Assembly: GCA_964016885.1 (NCBI GenBank)
Contig: OZ024747.1
Coordinates: forward strand, 38,564,001 to 38,628,000
Source: Eledone cirrhosa
Lineage: Eukaryota
Length of the DNA stretch: 64,000 bases
Direction: 5' to 3'
Positions 13,217-25,199 of the stretch are shown here, in pieces. How positions within the stretch are numbered: the first letter of the stretch is position 1; each line of letters starts with the position of its first letter. The notes under the pieces are model-generated. The model did not search any database, was not told the DNA's origin, and worked only from the letters and a program-made list of their open reading frames with translations. Position numbers and translations under genes: made by a program.

Positions 13217-13647
13217 CAATAGTTCAACAGGGGACAGTGGGTTGTAAGAGCTGAATACTGTGGTAGGTTGGTATGTGTACATGCCCACCCTCCACACACA
13301 CACATACATCCACATCACACACATATATAGAGAGAGTGAGAGGGTGTATATGCACACATGTGCGTGTGTGGGTATATGTATGCATAAATACGTGTGTGTA
13401 TATGTGTGGGGTTGCTGTGTGTGTGTGTTTTTACAGTTTGTCTGTTAAAGTTACTTTTGTAGAGGGAACTGAGAACAAATTCTTTTCTCTCCAAAATTCA
13501 GAAAATTGGCAAAAGTTAAGAGCTGAAATCCAAAATATCCCCAGAACCCCAAAATTAAAAAAACTAAAGAAGTTAAGACAGTTAAGAAAGCTCTTCCAAA
13601 AAACTTCAAAAAATACTTTTCAAAAATACTTTTCAAAAGAATACGTA

Positions 13648-13841
13648 TTTAAATAACAGATTAAAGTTTAAGCAAAGAATCGCTGCTTTCACCCTTATGG
13701 GTGAAAGCAGCGAATCTTTGCTTAAACTTTAATCTGTTATTTAAAAAAAATATTTGCTATAGGGTTCTTATAAATTTGATATATATTCATCCTTATCCAT
13801 TCTTTGGATTTTAGTCTTCAGATTTATTATTATTATTATTA

Positions 13842-13842
<1 letters not shown>
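13648..13842. mobile_element. Hairpin remnant of the PLE family D pLTR 3' end
   Basis: 47-bp arms at 13648-13694/13699-13745. The sequence matches 56518-56562 and the reverse complement of 53030-53172. Confidence 0.85.
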
Positions 13843-14292
<450 letters not shown>

Positions 14293-14449
14293 AAACATTT
14301 AAAAACTAATAGCACCTCTGTTAGCCAACTAACAGGGAACGAAGGATAGCCTCGGACAGAAACATGAACTTTTCTCACTAAATATATATGTAAAAAACCA
14401 ATAATTATTGTAACCCATTTTATTATTATTCGTATAAATATGCAACTTA

Positions 14450-15825
14450 ACTGCATCTTGCACATCTACCGTTGAGCAGTCATATAATGCAGAAACCGGT
14501 ACCACTATTAAATGCGGAAATACCCACTCTACAAATAAATGTTTTGATATACTGAAAAAATCCCTCCACCATCTACTGAATGTTTTTCCTTTTTACTACT
14601 TGTTTATAACTCCAATTCTTACACGGGAGGACGCCGTCCGTGCAATTTATGCTCGGAGGAAACTTTACAAATGCTGTTTTCGACGGACCAACTCCTAAAC
14701 AAGAAAGATGAACTGGTCACTGCATGTAAACATAGATTGCGTAGGACTTACCTCGCCCTTAAACCCCATAATGACCCGGGGGGGGGGGGGGGTAGACTAG
14801 GGCTATAACACACCACTTGCCTATTTTGCAATGGGTAACCCCTGCTTGCCAAGGAAGACGTAAGATCTTCTTTGTATTCTTTTATCGCTTCCTTTATTTC
14901 CTTCCCCCCTCTCTCCTTAGTCCTTCTACCCCAGCTCTTCTCCTTTGTCGGCGTCTTTTCTCGCCCACCCGAGGCTGCCCTTTGGCCCCATGTAGCCTTA
15001 GTACCCCCACCACCTCCTCCCCTAGTCTATGATAGATTTGGCGGACTCCGCCCTTTATAGCAGTTGGCTAGCACTGGGTCTTTGCTAGCCCGGGATGGAA
15101 ACCTTTATTGTTTATTTCGTGGTAGTCTCTTTAGTATTTTGGCCCCTTTTGTTGACCCGTCACCGTATCATTTACGTACTTATACCTCTTAAAAGAGTCC
15201 TTGCCTTATCCGTCCCACCTAGTTCTTTTACTTATTTCGTTATTTCTTTATTTATTTATTTCTTTACTTCTTTCTTTCTTTCTTTATTTTTTTCTAGCCT
15301 AACAATAGCCTGAGACCTAGGTCGTAGAATTTAATTTACTTTACTTTTTTCTTTACACTTATTTGCTTTTCTTCACTCTCAGTATTTTTTCTTTCCTATA
15401 TATTTCTAACCCCATTGTTCTACCTACCGTTCCGACTTCTTCCCCCTTCCCCCTCCCCTGTATCTTCTTTGACCTCATGCCCAGCTGTAGCTGGCACTAC
15501 CAACGCTTGATTGGGTCTACTCCACCCCCTCCCCTCTTTCTCCTACTGGCTGGTTTAGCCACCATCTCCCCTACTAATTTGCAACCACAGAATTACTACT
15601 GATTTTTGACAATCACTTTGACCATATATGGAATTACCCCTTGAGAAGATCGGCTATTTAAATACCAGGATAAATTTTCATTTAGTCCAGAATTAGCCGT
15701 CGAAACGGCTTGAGCTCAGCTGTCGGGGTCTTACTGGTTCCTATTACCCACTCTACTACCTCAAGTATTGAGTACTTTGGTGCGTTATGGTCCACCTGGT
15801 TCCCTACCACATTTCCTTCGTTATA
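14450..15825 (+). mobile_element. Penelope-like element 3' part (endonuclease C-terminus + 3' UTR/pLTR family A)
   Basis: CNLCSEETLQMLFSTDQLLNKKDELVTACKHR at 14641-14737 aligns with CDLCAAE..ILNKKSEAISACKH at 55424-55516. It has an HHR at 15636 and ends in TA repeats. Confidence 0.8.
15636..15729 (+). ncRNA. Type I hammerhead family A (UUGAGAA core), best-preserved copy
   Basis: Stem I ACCCC/GGGGT; core TTGAGAA; stem II GA-t-CGGCTA/TAGCCG-TC; GAAA; stem III ACGGCT/AGCTGT; GTC triplet. Confidence 0.7.
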
Positions 15826-16040
15826 TATAGAGAGAGAGATGTGAGAAAAACCACAGACCCTCCATCTCAACTCACCTTTTGAAAAGCAGAACTGCGAAAC
15901 CGGTAAAGGAACCAAATAAATATATATATTTTTTTAAAAAATAAGACTCCAGTTACATTTTCGATTTCATCTCTTTTTCTTTATACTTTCACTCGTGTAG
16001 GACACCTCCGTTATTTTTCATTTTGTAAAAAAAACCTCAC

Positions 16041-16125
<85 letters not shown>

Positions 16126-18844
16126 TATACATATATATATATGTATATATATACTGTGGTCAAAGATATTGCGAACTACAGTAAATCTTTCTTTCTTAAT
16201 ATTGTTAGCCACAAAATTCGCTCAAATTGCTTCAGATCTAAAACTGAATTTTAAGCAGATTTTCGCGAGGGATGACATACATATATATATCAAATAAATT
16301 ATTGTTTGATCAATGTAATTTGTTAGAAATTAATATGACAAGTAGGAATTGAGTTTATATACATTACGACTAGCTTCAAACATTCAAATGAAAAATGTTT
16401 GTACATGAATCACTAAATTCACCAACAATATTGTAAATGAAATCTAGAGCAGTCTCTCTCGTCTCTCATACACTTAATCTATTCTGAATCAACTGAATTG
16501 TCTGTTATAGTGACTATATCTTTGAATCTACGTTAAAGAGTTCATGAGGATGAAGTTATGATACAAATATAGTATTTGTTCACTGACTCTCGTCCTCATA
16601 GTTACTCGCAGAAGTAGGAATTCCGGGACATATCTTTAAAAGTATAACATTCTATTTCTAGTTGGTTTGCACTAGAGTTTTCAGTATAGGCATTGTTTCA
16701 CAAACAGACGTCATAATAGTTGATAGCTACTTAAAATAGAATACATATAGAGAACTAGGGCTCAGCTTGTTGGGATGTGTCTGAGTCAAACTAATAGAAA
16801 TGGTAAGAAGAGGAAATATGGCTTCATCTAGTGGATTTCATTGTAGATAATAAAATATAAAGCAGAGAGCAGATGTGTAATCGTCAATGTTACATTAACA
16901 GGATCAGAAATGAAACATTTTTTGCTTCTAGTGTGTTATATATGTGTAACATATAATTCAAGATACAAGTCTTTTTCTTTCATGTCATAGTGGTTGTTAG
17001 TAATCTTCTTGGTGTCAGCGTCTTCCAAGCAATTTATTTGTGTTATACTAGATGTGAAGGAATGTTAATACTATTTATTTGTGGTAGACTTCTTATTTTA
17101 TCGATTCCGGAGATCAAAGATAAACGTATTTCGGAGCAGCAACGTATAGTAATTAGATAGAAAAGTGTTCCACATTTGGTTTTGTAAAATTTCTTCCATC
17201 CTAAAATTCCATCTATTATTGATAACGTACTTGGATTAAGGCGCTAGATAGTTAAAGTGAATGATATTGTGTGGCTTGAATGCCATTCTTCAGGGCAGTA
17301 TAGGTGTAAGTGAAATAAATTAGCTTCAAATCAAAATACTCAAAATGAGAACCATCTTGTTAACGCGATTTGCTGCAGGTATTTCTTCTACACAATGACA
17401 TTTTGATAAATATTTGTTATATTTTTAGTGTTTACATGTGTAGAGTTGGTAGGTGTGTTCAATCAACAATTGCGTTATTATTATCAGTTCTGTCTCTAAT
17501 ATATGCGCATAAATGCCATCGAAGCAAGAACAAAATAAATTCGAATGATATATCTGGGCCGATTAAATTTATTTGCAATTTCTCTCTGAATAAAAACAGT
17601 TTTAACTAGCTAAAGCTATAGAACACGTAATACAATGTTCATATGAATTATAGATATATAACTTTATTAACGCTTTTAATTCTATTAGTAATTTTGGTTA
17701 AGACATGGAACTCACAGTTTTTCGTTTCCAATAGTCTGCAGTATATTTTGTTTTTAAGCATAGAAATCGACGGATCTAGTGTTAATAATCACAAATTAGT
17801 TGTTATATAAAATTGTTATGTAAGATAGTCTTGTCAAAGTTCACATTGACTTTCAAAATTGGAGAACTAGTGAGAAAAATACATTGAAAAAAATGTCTTA
17901 ATCACACATTTAATTGTCACAAAAAAAAAATAATAACTTTGTTCCTAAAGTAAAAATCAATAAGATAGTAATGGTAACAGCAGTAGTATTAGAAGTAAAA
18001 GTAGTAGGGATGGTTATACATTGTTGCTCATTATATCGTATTATTGACAGAGCTTTGGAATCAATTATCGCTTTATATCATGCTGTTTAGTAGCTCTGTT
18101 TTCTTACTGAAGTTGATACCATCGATATTTCGACGGTTCTACTCCGTTAAAAATTACTGACGAGTGGCAAGTTGTGTTCTATTTAAATGAGTGTCCATAA
18201 AATCTCTACTTCATCAAGTGTTACTATAGCAACAATTATGGCTTTAATAGATGAATGCGTTTTAAACTCTACACCGTACGATTTCCCTCTTTTACGACAC
18301 TTGTTTACATTTCATCTAGCGCTTATTAGAGTCTATAATTCAAGGGTAGTTGGTAGATGATTACAAACGTTTGATACAAGTACAATGCTATCTTCAATAA
18401 AAGTGCCAACACTACAACGGCTCCTGATTTTCGAGCTGCTGTCATATAAGTATTGATACCGCAGCATGAAGTCTGTGTTAATATCACTCAATGAAGAAAC
18501 AATATAAAGCATCCTCTTAGCAATGATTATAAATGTTATTGTAATAAGAAAAGGTACGAGTTATTACCAAACATGACTATTCCTTTTACAAGGATATAGC
18601 ATTTATAGCAGTATTCTACCGAGAAACACATTTAATGATAATGTGTAAATTATTAACAAAAGAAAAGATATTTTGCCATGCTATACAATACACATCGACA
18701 ATAATATGGTATTAGACACGGCTGGTAAAACTCCATGCTGAAAGAACAATATTACCACGTTTAGGAGGTGATAAGTGCAACCGTAACTTGACAAATTGAT
18801 ACAATAATGTTCTCATTAATCTAACTGGGGGGTGGGGTGGATTT

Positions 18845-19023
18845 GCAGTATCGGTAGAGGGTCTGACGCCATGCTGTGCAGCATCAAGTTACGGCCCTTT
18901 ATGGTCTGATTTCAAATCCCGCCGAGGGTAACTTTGCCATTCATCCTTACGGGGTCGATAAAGTAAAGTACCAGTAATACACTGAGATAATTGCTGTCCT
19001 TGTGCCAAAAGTAGAAACAATTA
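18845..19023 (+). mobile_element. tRNA-derived SINE
   Basis: B-box-like TTCAAATCCC, body GCCGAGG..CATCCTTACGGGGTCGATAA..GTACCAGT and a tail ...GTAGAAACAATT. Several copies occur in the window. Confidence 0.8.
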
Positions 19024-19057
19024 ATCTAACTTTCAAAAGCAAAATCAAAAAAGGACG

Positions 19058-19250
19058 TACCAAAGTCGGATGAAAAGTTCAAAGGCTAATTGTGAAGGAG
19101 TGATGCTAGAGCCGTGAAATATTGCATGCATTAATTTCAATTCCCCTTATTAATTGATGCATTGTTTCTTTCCAGGGAATATGTTGAAAAATAAACCTTA
19201 TTTGCTATTCTATGAAAGTATCTTGGTAAGCCTATGAACCTTTCAGCCTA
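19058..19250. mobile_element. Tc1/mariner-type MITE
   Basis: TIR-like TGAAAAGTTCAAAGGCT / AGCCTATGAACCTTTCA. Homologous to 42536-42730. Confidence 0.65.
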
Positions 19251-19920
19251 TGAGATTTAAAGTCGACCCCCTTACGAAAAAAGAGAAATGACGGCATTAG
19301 CAATCGCCCCAAGAATAATATCATGCAAAACATATGTTTAGGAACTTCTAATTTTGGGGTAAAATAAAATTGAGATGAGGTTGAACAAGTGTATACTTAA
19401 AAATATATTTTCACAAATATCACTTAACTGAGAAACATTATTAAGAAACGTTAATAGTAACTGTCCCCTTATATACACAGATTCAAATTGAAGAGGTCCT
19501 ACTTAACTGAGGCTGGACAACCACCAGTTGCGACGTCGAGGATTCTAGTTGATTTAAAAAATTGAAACCGCTATATAACTTGTGCCTTTTCTCTTGAATA
19601 GTACATATAATACTTCATTCCAGTTTAAGTACATTACGAATCATTTGGCTAAGTTTACCAAGGTATAATTTATTTAAGCTCTATCTTACAGGGGTAAACC
19701 ATACATTATGTATTCTTCTCATTACCATCGCCAATGATAGACTCAGTTGAATATTCTATGCATTGGACTTACTCTTCATCATCATCAACAACAACAATTT
19801 TGTCATCTAAAATACCTTATTATTATTATTATTGTTGTTGTTGTTGTTGTTGTTATGGTGTGTGTGTGTATATATATATATATGTTATGATAGTAGTGGT
19901 GATGGTGATAATAGTAATGA

Positions 19921-19982
19921 TAATAATTGTTTCTACGTTTGGCACAAGTGCATTACTGGTACTTTATTTTATCGACCCCGTT
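19921..19982 (-). mobile_element. SINE 3' fragment
   Basis: Reverse complement of the 3' part of the SINE at 18845-19023. Confidence 0.7.
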
Positions 19983-19997
19983 AACAATGATAATAAT

Positions 19998-22900
19998 GTA
20001 CGTCCAATACCATGCGTAACGCAAGCAATGAACAAATAAAAATTAATACACAATACCATATCGCTTTTCTTATGGTTAATCAGGAAGCACGTCCCTCAGG
20101 AAGGTGCCAACCTGAGATAGAAAAGTCCTCCTCTGGCACAAACTCTTCTCAAATTATGGACCTGGACGGTCACTTCATCGGGGATTGCCCCAACTCGAGC
20201 CCTCCAGATCCACCACCCAAACCACCTCAAAAAGAAAAGCCTAACAGGATGAAATGGACCCGAGAAGAGTATAAAGAAGTAATATATGCATATTACTATG
20301 CATTAGGTAAGCCATCACAAGACAGACACACTTTAAACTCCTACAAAATCTGGAAAATTCGGAATCAAGCTAGAAGACGTGATATGGACAGAAATAAGCT
20401 GGCAAATGTAAGGAGGTATATCTTCAGAAATAATAGACTCACAGACACTGAACTATCTGCGATCAAGCAGGCTGTGGAGAATGACATAAATATAAATGAT
20501 GAACGAACTGAAGAATCTCCTGGAGATAGTAACCAGTCACAAGTCTTTACTGAAAGACCTCCATCTGACCAAATCACAAATAGGTTTGTAGAAATGAGAA
20601 GTTCTACTGAACCCGCTGAAAATAGCCAGGAGAGGGACTTAGAAAGAGTAATTAAAAACCAAACATCTGCTGAAGAACACAGGGAGACTATGAAGGAATT
20701 AAAGCAAAAAATACTGAATGAGCTTGCAGTAGTAAGATATTATCGTATAAATGATAGAGAACCATTTCAAAAACTCCCAAATACAATCCAAAATAGAAAA
20801 CAAATAATGATTGGTAATTCTGTGACAAAAGAAATCATAGAAGAACTAGAACCTGATCTTACTGAGTTAAATGAAATCATGTATGCATCTGCTAGAGTAA
20901 TTGAAACAAGTTGTTTACCACCAAAAAACCAAAAAAGGGCAAACCTCCAAGGTAAACCAATTTGGAGGAGTACAATCAAAAAGGATATTGACGTAATGAG
21001 AGGAGAAATATCTTTATTGAGTTAGTTAACCGCTGGAAATAATATAAGATCCAAGAAGGTAAGAAAGCTAAAGAGAACATATGGACTGTCTTCTAGAGAA
21101 GCAATAGTTTCAACAAAAGAATCTCTGAAATAAAAAGTCCAAGTAAAAGCCCAACAATTTCGTAGTTTCGAGAGGCGAAACAACATCTACAGGCAAAATA
21201 AGTTGTTCTCATCCAATACCAAGTCATTTTATAGAGAAGTAGGGAAAAACAAAATAATTATTGAAGACCCCCGTCCATAGAAGAAGTTAAACACTTCTGG
21301 ATAAATATGTGGAGTGATGAGAAGACGTATAATGCTAATGTAGATTGGATTAGTCGCTTGGAAAAATCCTACACAAATTTAGAAGAAAAGGCGTGAGAAG
21401 ACATCTCTATAGCGGACTTAAGGATAGCACTCAATAAATCTCATAAATGGAAATCTCCTGGTAGAGATAGGGTGCCAAATTTCTGGCTTTCCTCACTCCC
21501 GTGCATTCAAATATATTTGTCAAGCTGTTTAATGGAATTATGAAAGATCCAACAATTACACCCGATTGGATAGCAACTGGCATTACCTACCTTCTACCAA
21601 AGAACAATGAAACCAAAGATCCAAAAAACTATCGGCCCATAACCTGCTTGTCCACCACTTATAAACTATTACCCTCTATTCTCATGGAAAAAGCATACGT
21701 GTTTTTGGAGGAGAACAATCTTTTCCCCATTGAACAAAAAGGGTGCCGACGAGGTTCATATGGTTGCAAAGATCAACTTTTGATTAATCGTATGATCCTT
21801 GAGAACTGTCATAATAAACACAGAAATCTCAGTTCTGCATGGATCGATTATAAAAAGGCCTTTGACAATATACCTCACTCATGGATTCTGAAATTACTGG
21901 ACATCTTCAAAATCTGACCTGTGATATCAAACTTCCTGAAACACAATATGTCATTATGGAACACAAATCTCCAATTGTCTCATTCCCCTGGGGTACTGTG
22001 CTCTGGGAATATAAACATCAACTGTGGTATATTCCAGGGTGACTCACTTTCACCCATGCTTTTCTGCATGACTTTAATACCGTTTACATCCGAACTTAAT
22101 AGTGCAGGGTTCGGTTATAGAATTGGCAACCAAATAATAAGCCACCTATTTTAGATGGATTATTTAAAGCTATATTGCAAAGATGATGACGAACAGAAAG
22201 GCCTTTTACGGACAGGAAAAACGTTTAGCGATGACATCAGGATGGAGTTTGGACTTGACAAGTGTGCAAAAGCCACTTTCAAGAAGGGGAAGATTGTCAA
22301 CTCAGACTCAGTTCAATTGGATGCTGAAACAATCATAAAGGAACTTGAGCAGGAACAAACCTATAAACACTTAGGGTTTAATGAGGACTCTGGCATACTT
22401 CATGCAAGTATGAGAGAGAGGATAAGGAAATAATGTTACAGGAGAGTACGTGCAGTTCTGAGATCAGATCTAAACGCTCGTAACAAGGTGTTAGCCATAC
22501 ATTCCGGTGTGTTGAACTGGAATATGAGTGAAATCAAAAGAATCAACACCAAAGTCAGTAAGCTAATGACCTGTAATAGGAAGCACCATCCAAAAGCAGA
22601 TGTGGATCGTCTTTACCTGCCTAGAACAATTTGAACTTGTTTACAAGGCCACCATTATTGGACTGGCCAAATACCTTGAAACAACTAACGACTAATGCTG
22701 AAATGTGTTGAAAAGCATGAGAGAAGTAAGAAGCTTCATTCAATCTTGAAGGAGAGCAAAAAATATGCTACAGATCTCATGCTTGATATCCAGGCTGGAC
22801 AGACTAAAGAAACTGTTGCAATTGATGCTGCTATGCACATGAAATTACTGGCAAAAGCAAAAGGGCAAGGACAATTAACATCAAAGTGGGAGCAGAGACC

Positions 22901-23851
22901 TCTGCATGGCAAATATGTGGCCCGTTGCAAACAAACTGATGTTGACCAAAAAGCACACCCATTAGTAGCTACGTAGTTCAGGGCGAAAGGCGGAGAGTGA
23001 AGGTTTCATCTTAGCTGCCCAAGATCAAAGCTTATTGACTCCTAGTTACCAGGCCAATGTGATGAGAAACGGATTAAGTCCAAAGTGCTGATACTGCAGT
23101 GCTGGGGTTGAAACAGTGGATCACTTAGTCTCTGGATGTAATGTTTAGCACCAATAGAATACAAATATAGACATGAAAGAGTTGGCCGATAGCTACACTG
23201 GGTAATATGTCGGCATTAAAAAATCAAAGCTGAAGACAAGTGGTACAACCATCACTCTGAGGCTGTAACTGAAGGAGAAAAGTAACAATTCTCTGGGACT
23301 TTCCTGCAAATACTGAATAAAAGCAAATAGAGCTGATATCATTGTAAAAGATCAACATGACAAGATCTGTTTATTGATAGATATAAGCATCCCATGCGAT
23401 CACAATATCGCGGCAAAAGAATTTGACAAGATACGAAAATATAAATATCTGCTTATTGAAATTGAGAAAATGTGGCACCTCAAGGCCGTTACAATGCCAG
23501 TGAGTGTGGGAGGACTGGAAATGATCAAGAAAGGAACACATCAATATTTGCGAATGATTCCTGGTTTACCCTCTCTGCACGAGGTGCAAAAAATTGTTTT
23601 GACTGGTACTGCACACGTATTGAGAAGAGCACTATCAGTGTAAGATTGACATCACTTCTTGTATATACATATGCATATGTGTATATAAGTATACTGTTTT
23701 TTTAATATTTTAATTTTAATTATGATCAATTTGATGTAGTAGCTGACTTACCAATACACACTGTGAATTTATTTGCCGTAGATGTCAGGAAGACACTTGG
23801 CATATATCTCAGAAACAATAATGAAAGAAAATAAAAACAATAATAATAATA
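19998..23851 (+). mobile_element. R4/Dong-type non-LTR retrotransposon, near full length, decayed single ORF (about 20012-23643)
   Basis: RMKWTREE N-terminus; NYRPITCL, EQKGC, AWIDYKKAFD, GIFQGDSLSP, MDYLKLY, GMEFGLDKC-like; RLE-type RADII..IDISIP..KIRKY. TAA repeats at both ends. Confidence 0.9.
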
Positions 23852-24449
23852 AGGGAAGTATACGCACATGGTGTGTAGAGTGTTATGGAATCGCTCCCGT
23901 AAGTTTTTGATTTTTTACATATTTAAAACAATTATGATAGAATAATTATTACTACAAATGGAACATAAGACACCAGTTGAACACTCAAAATGTGGCACAC
24001 ATCACACTATGGCCCAGGGCTCAAATATATAATTTTGTATTAGAAATGTTATAGTCAAAAAAGAAAATGGTTACAAATGGTCACAAATGGAAGAAAACAA
24101 CAGCCAAATAATTTCACCACCAACACCACCGCCGCCGCCGCCACCACCACCACTACCACAATATTTAGCTAGAGACAAACCAACAGCGGCAACAACGCCA
24201 TCATTACAGTACTACTACCGCATCACGACCGTCACCACTCCATCATCTCTACCACCACTATTCCCTCACTACCTCCTGTTAAGGAGGGGAGGTAGTAGTG
24301 CCACTACACATGACTAGAAGCGAGGAAGTCACCAAAAGATATAAATACACTGATTTAGTGACCGGTCAAACAGCTAACCATAACACCATAATAATTATTG
24401 TCGGTGTATCTTTAAACTCTCTCAAAATGTTTAGTTTAAACGATGTCAA

Positions 24450-24872
24450 ATAATAATAGTTTCTACTTTAGGCACACGGCCAGCAATTACCCAGTGCATT
24501 AATGGTACTTTATTTTATCGATGAAAGGCAAAGTCAACCTCGGCGGGATTTGAACTCAGATCGTAAAGGGACGTAACTATGCATGAAACATGGCGTCCGA
24601 CCCTCTACCGATACTGCCAATCCATCGCCCTGTCAAATAATAATCAATCGATGTCAAATAATAATAATTGTTTCTACTTTTGGCATAAGGCCAGTAAATA
24701 TCCAGTACATTACTGGTACTTTATTTTATCAACCCCGTAAGGATGAAAGGCAAAGTTAACCTCGGCGGGATTTGAACTGAGAATGGCAAGGGCCGCAGCT
24801 ATATACGTCAAATAATAATAATTCTATCTACTTTTGGCATAAGGCCTGCAATTAACCAGTGCATTACTGGTA
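24450..24872 (-). mobile_element. Three tandem SINE copies (24450-24630, 24660-24800, 24810-24872)
   Basis: Reverse complements of the 18845/45480 SINE. Each is preceded by GTCAAATAATAAT. Confidence 0.8.
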
Positions 24873-25199
24873 AGTCAAAAAATTAAAGAATATAACACAG
24901 ACAAAACAAACGCAACACCAAAAGAAAAACAAATTTCAAAAGTTTTGAACGCCCCCCTCTAACTCTCGTGGCTATGACTACGAGCTTAGCGTAGCGAAAA
25001 TCAAAAATAGCAGCTTCAAATACAACACTAGTAACCGATGTTATTGGCATTGAAAAATAAAAAAGACAGACATTCAAACAATACAATGAAACTTATGTTT
25101 ATTTTTTTGTTTTTATTTATTTATTTGTTTATTTATTTATGTTAGTCTACAGCGTGATGGTGCCACGCTAAAATCACCGGTGGTTATGTAACCATAAAT

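Noticed and set aside
16250-18800. Host exons in unique-looking sequence (also 48300-50900)
   Set aside because: No convincing ORF or motif. Short exons cannot be excluded without transcript data.
20074-20125. Twister ribozyme at the Dong 5' end
   Set aside because: It has UAA and a GUCCC loop but lacks the GAGGG and GC pseudoknot partners.
24087-24317. Proline-rich ORF
   Set aside because: It derives from (CCA/CCG)n low-complexity sequence.
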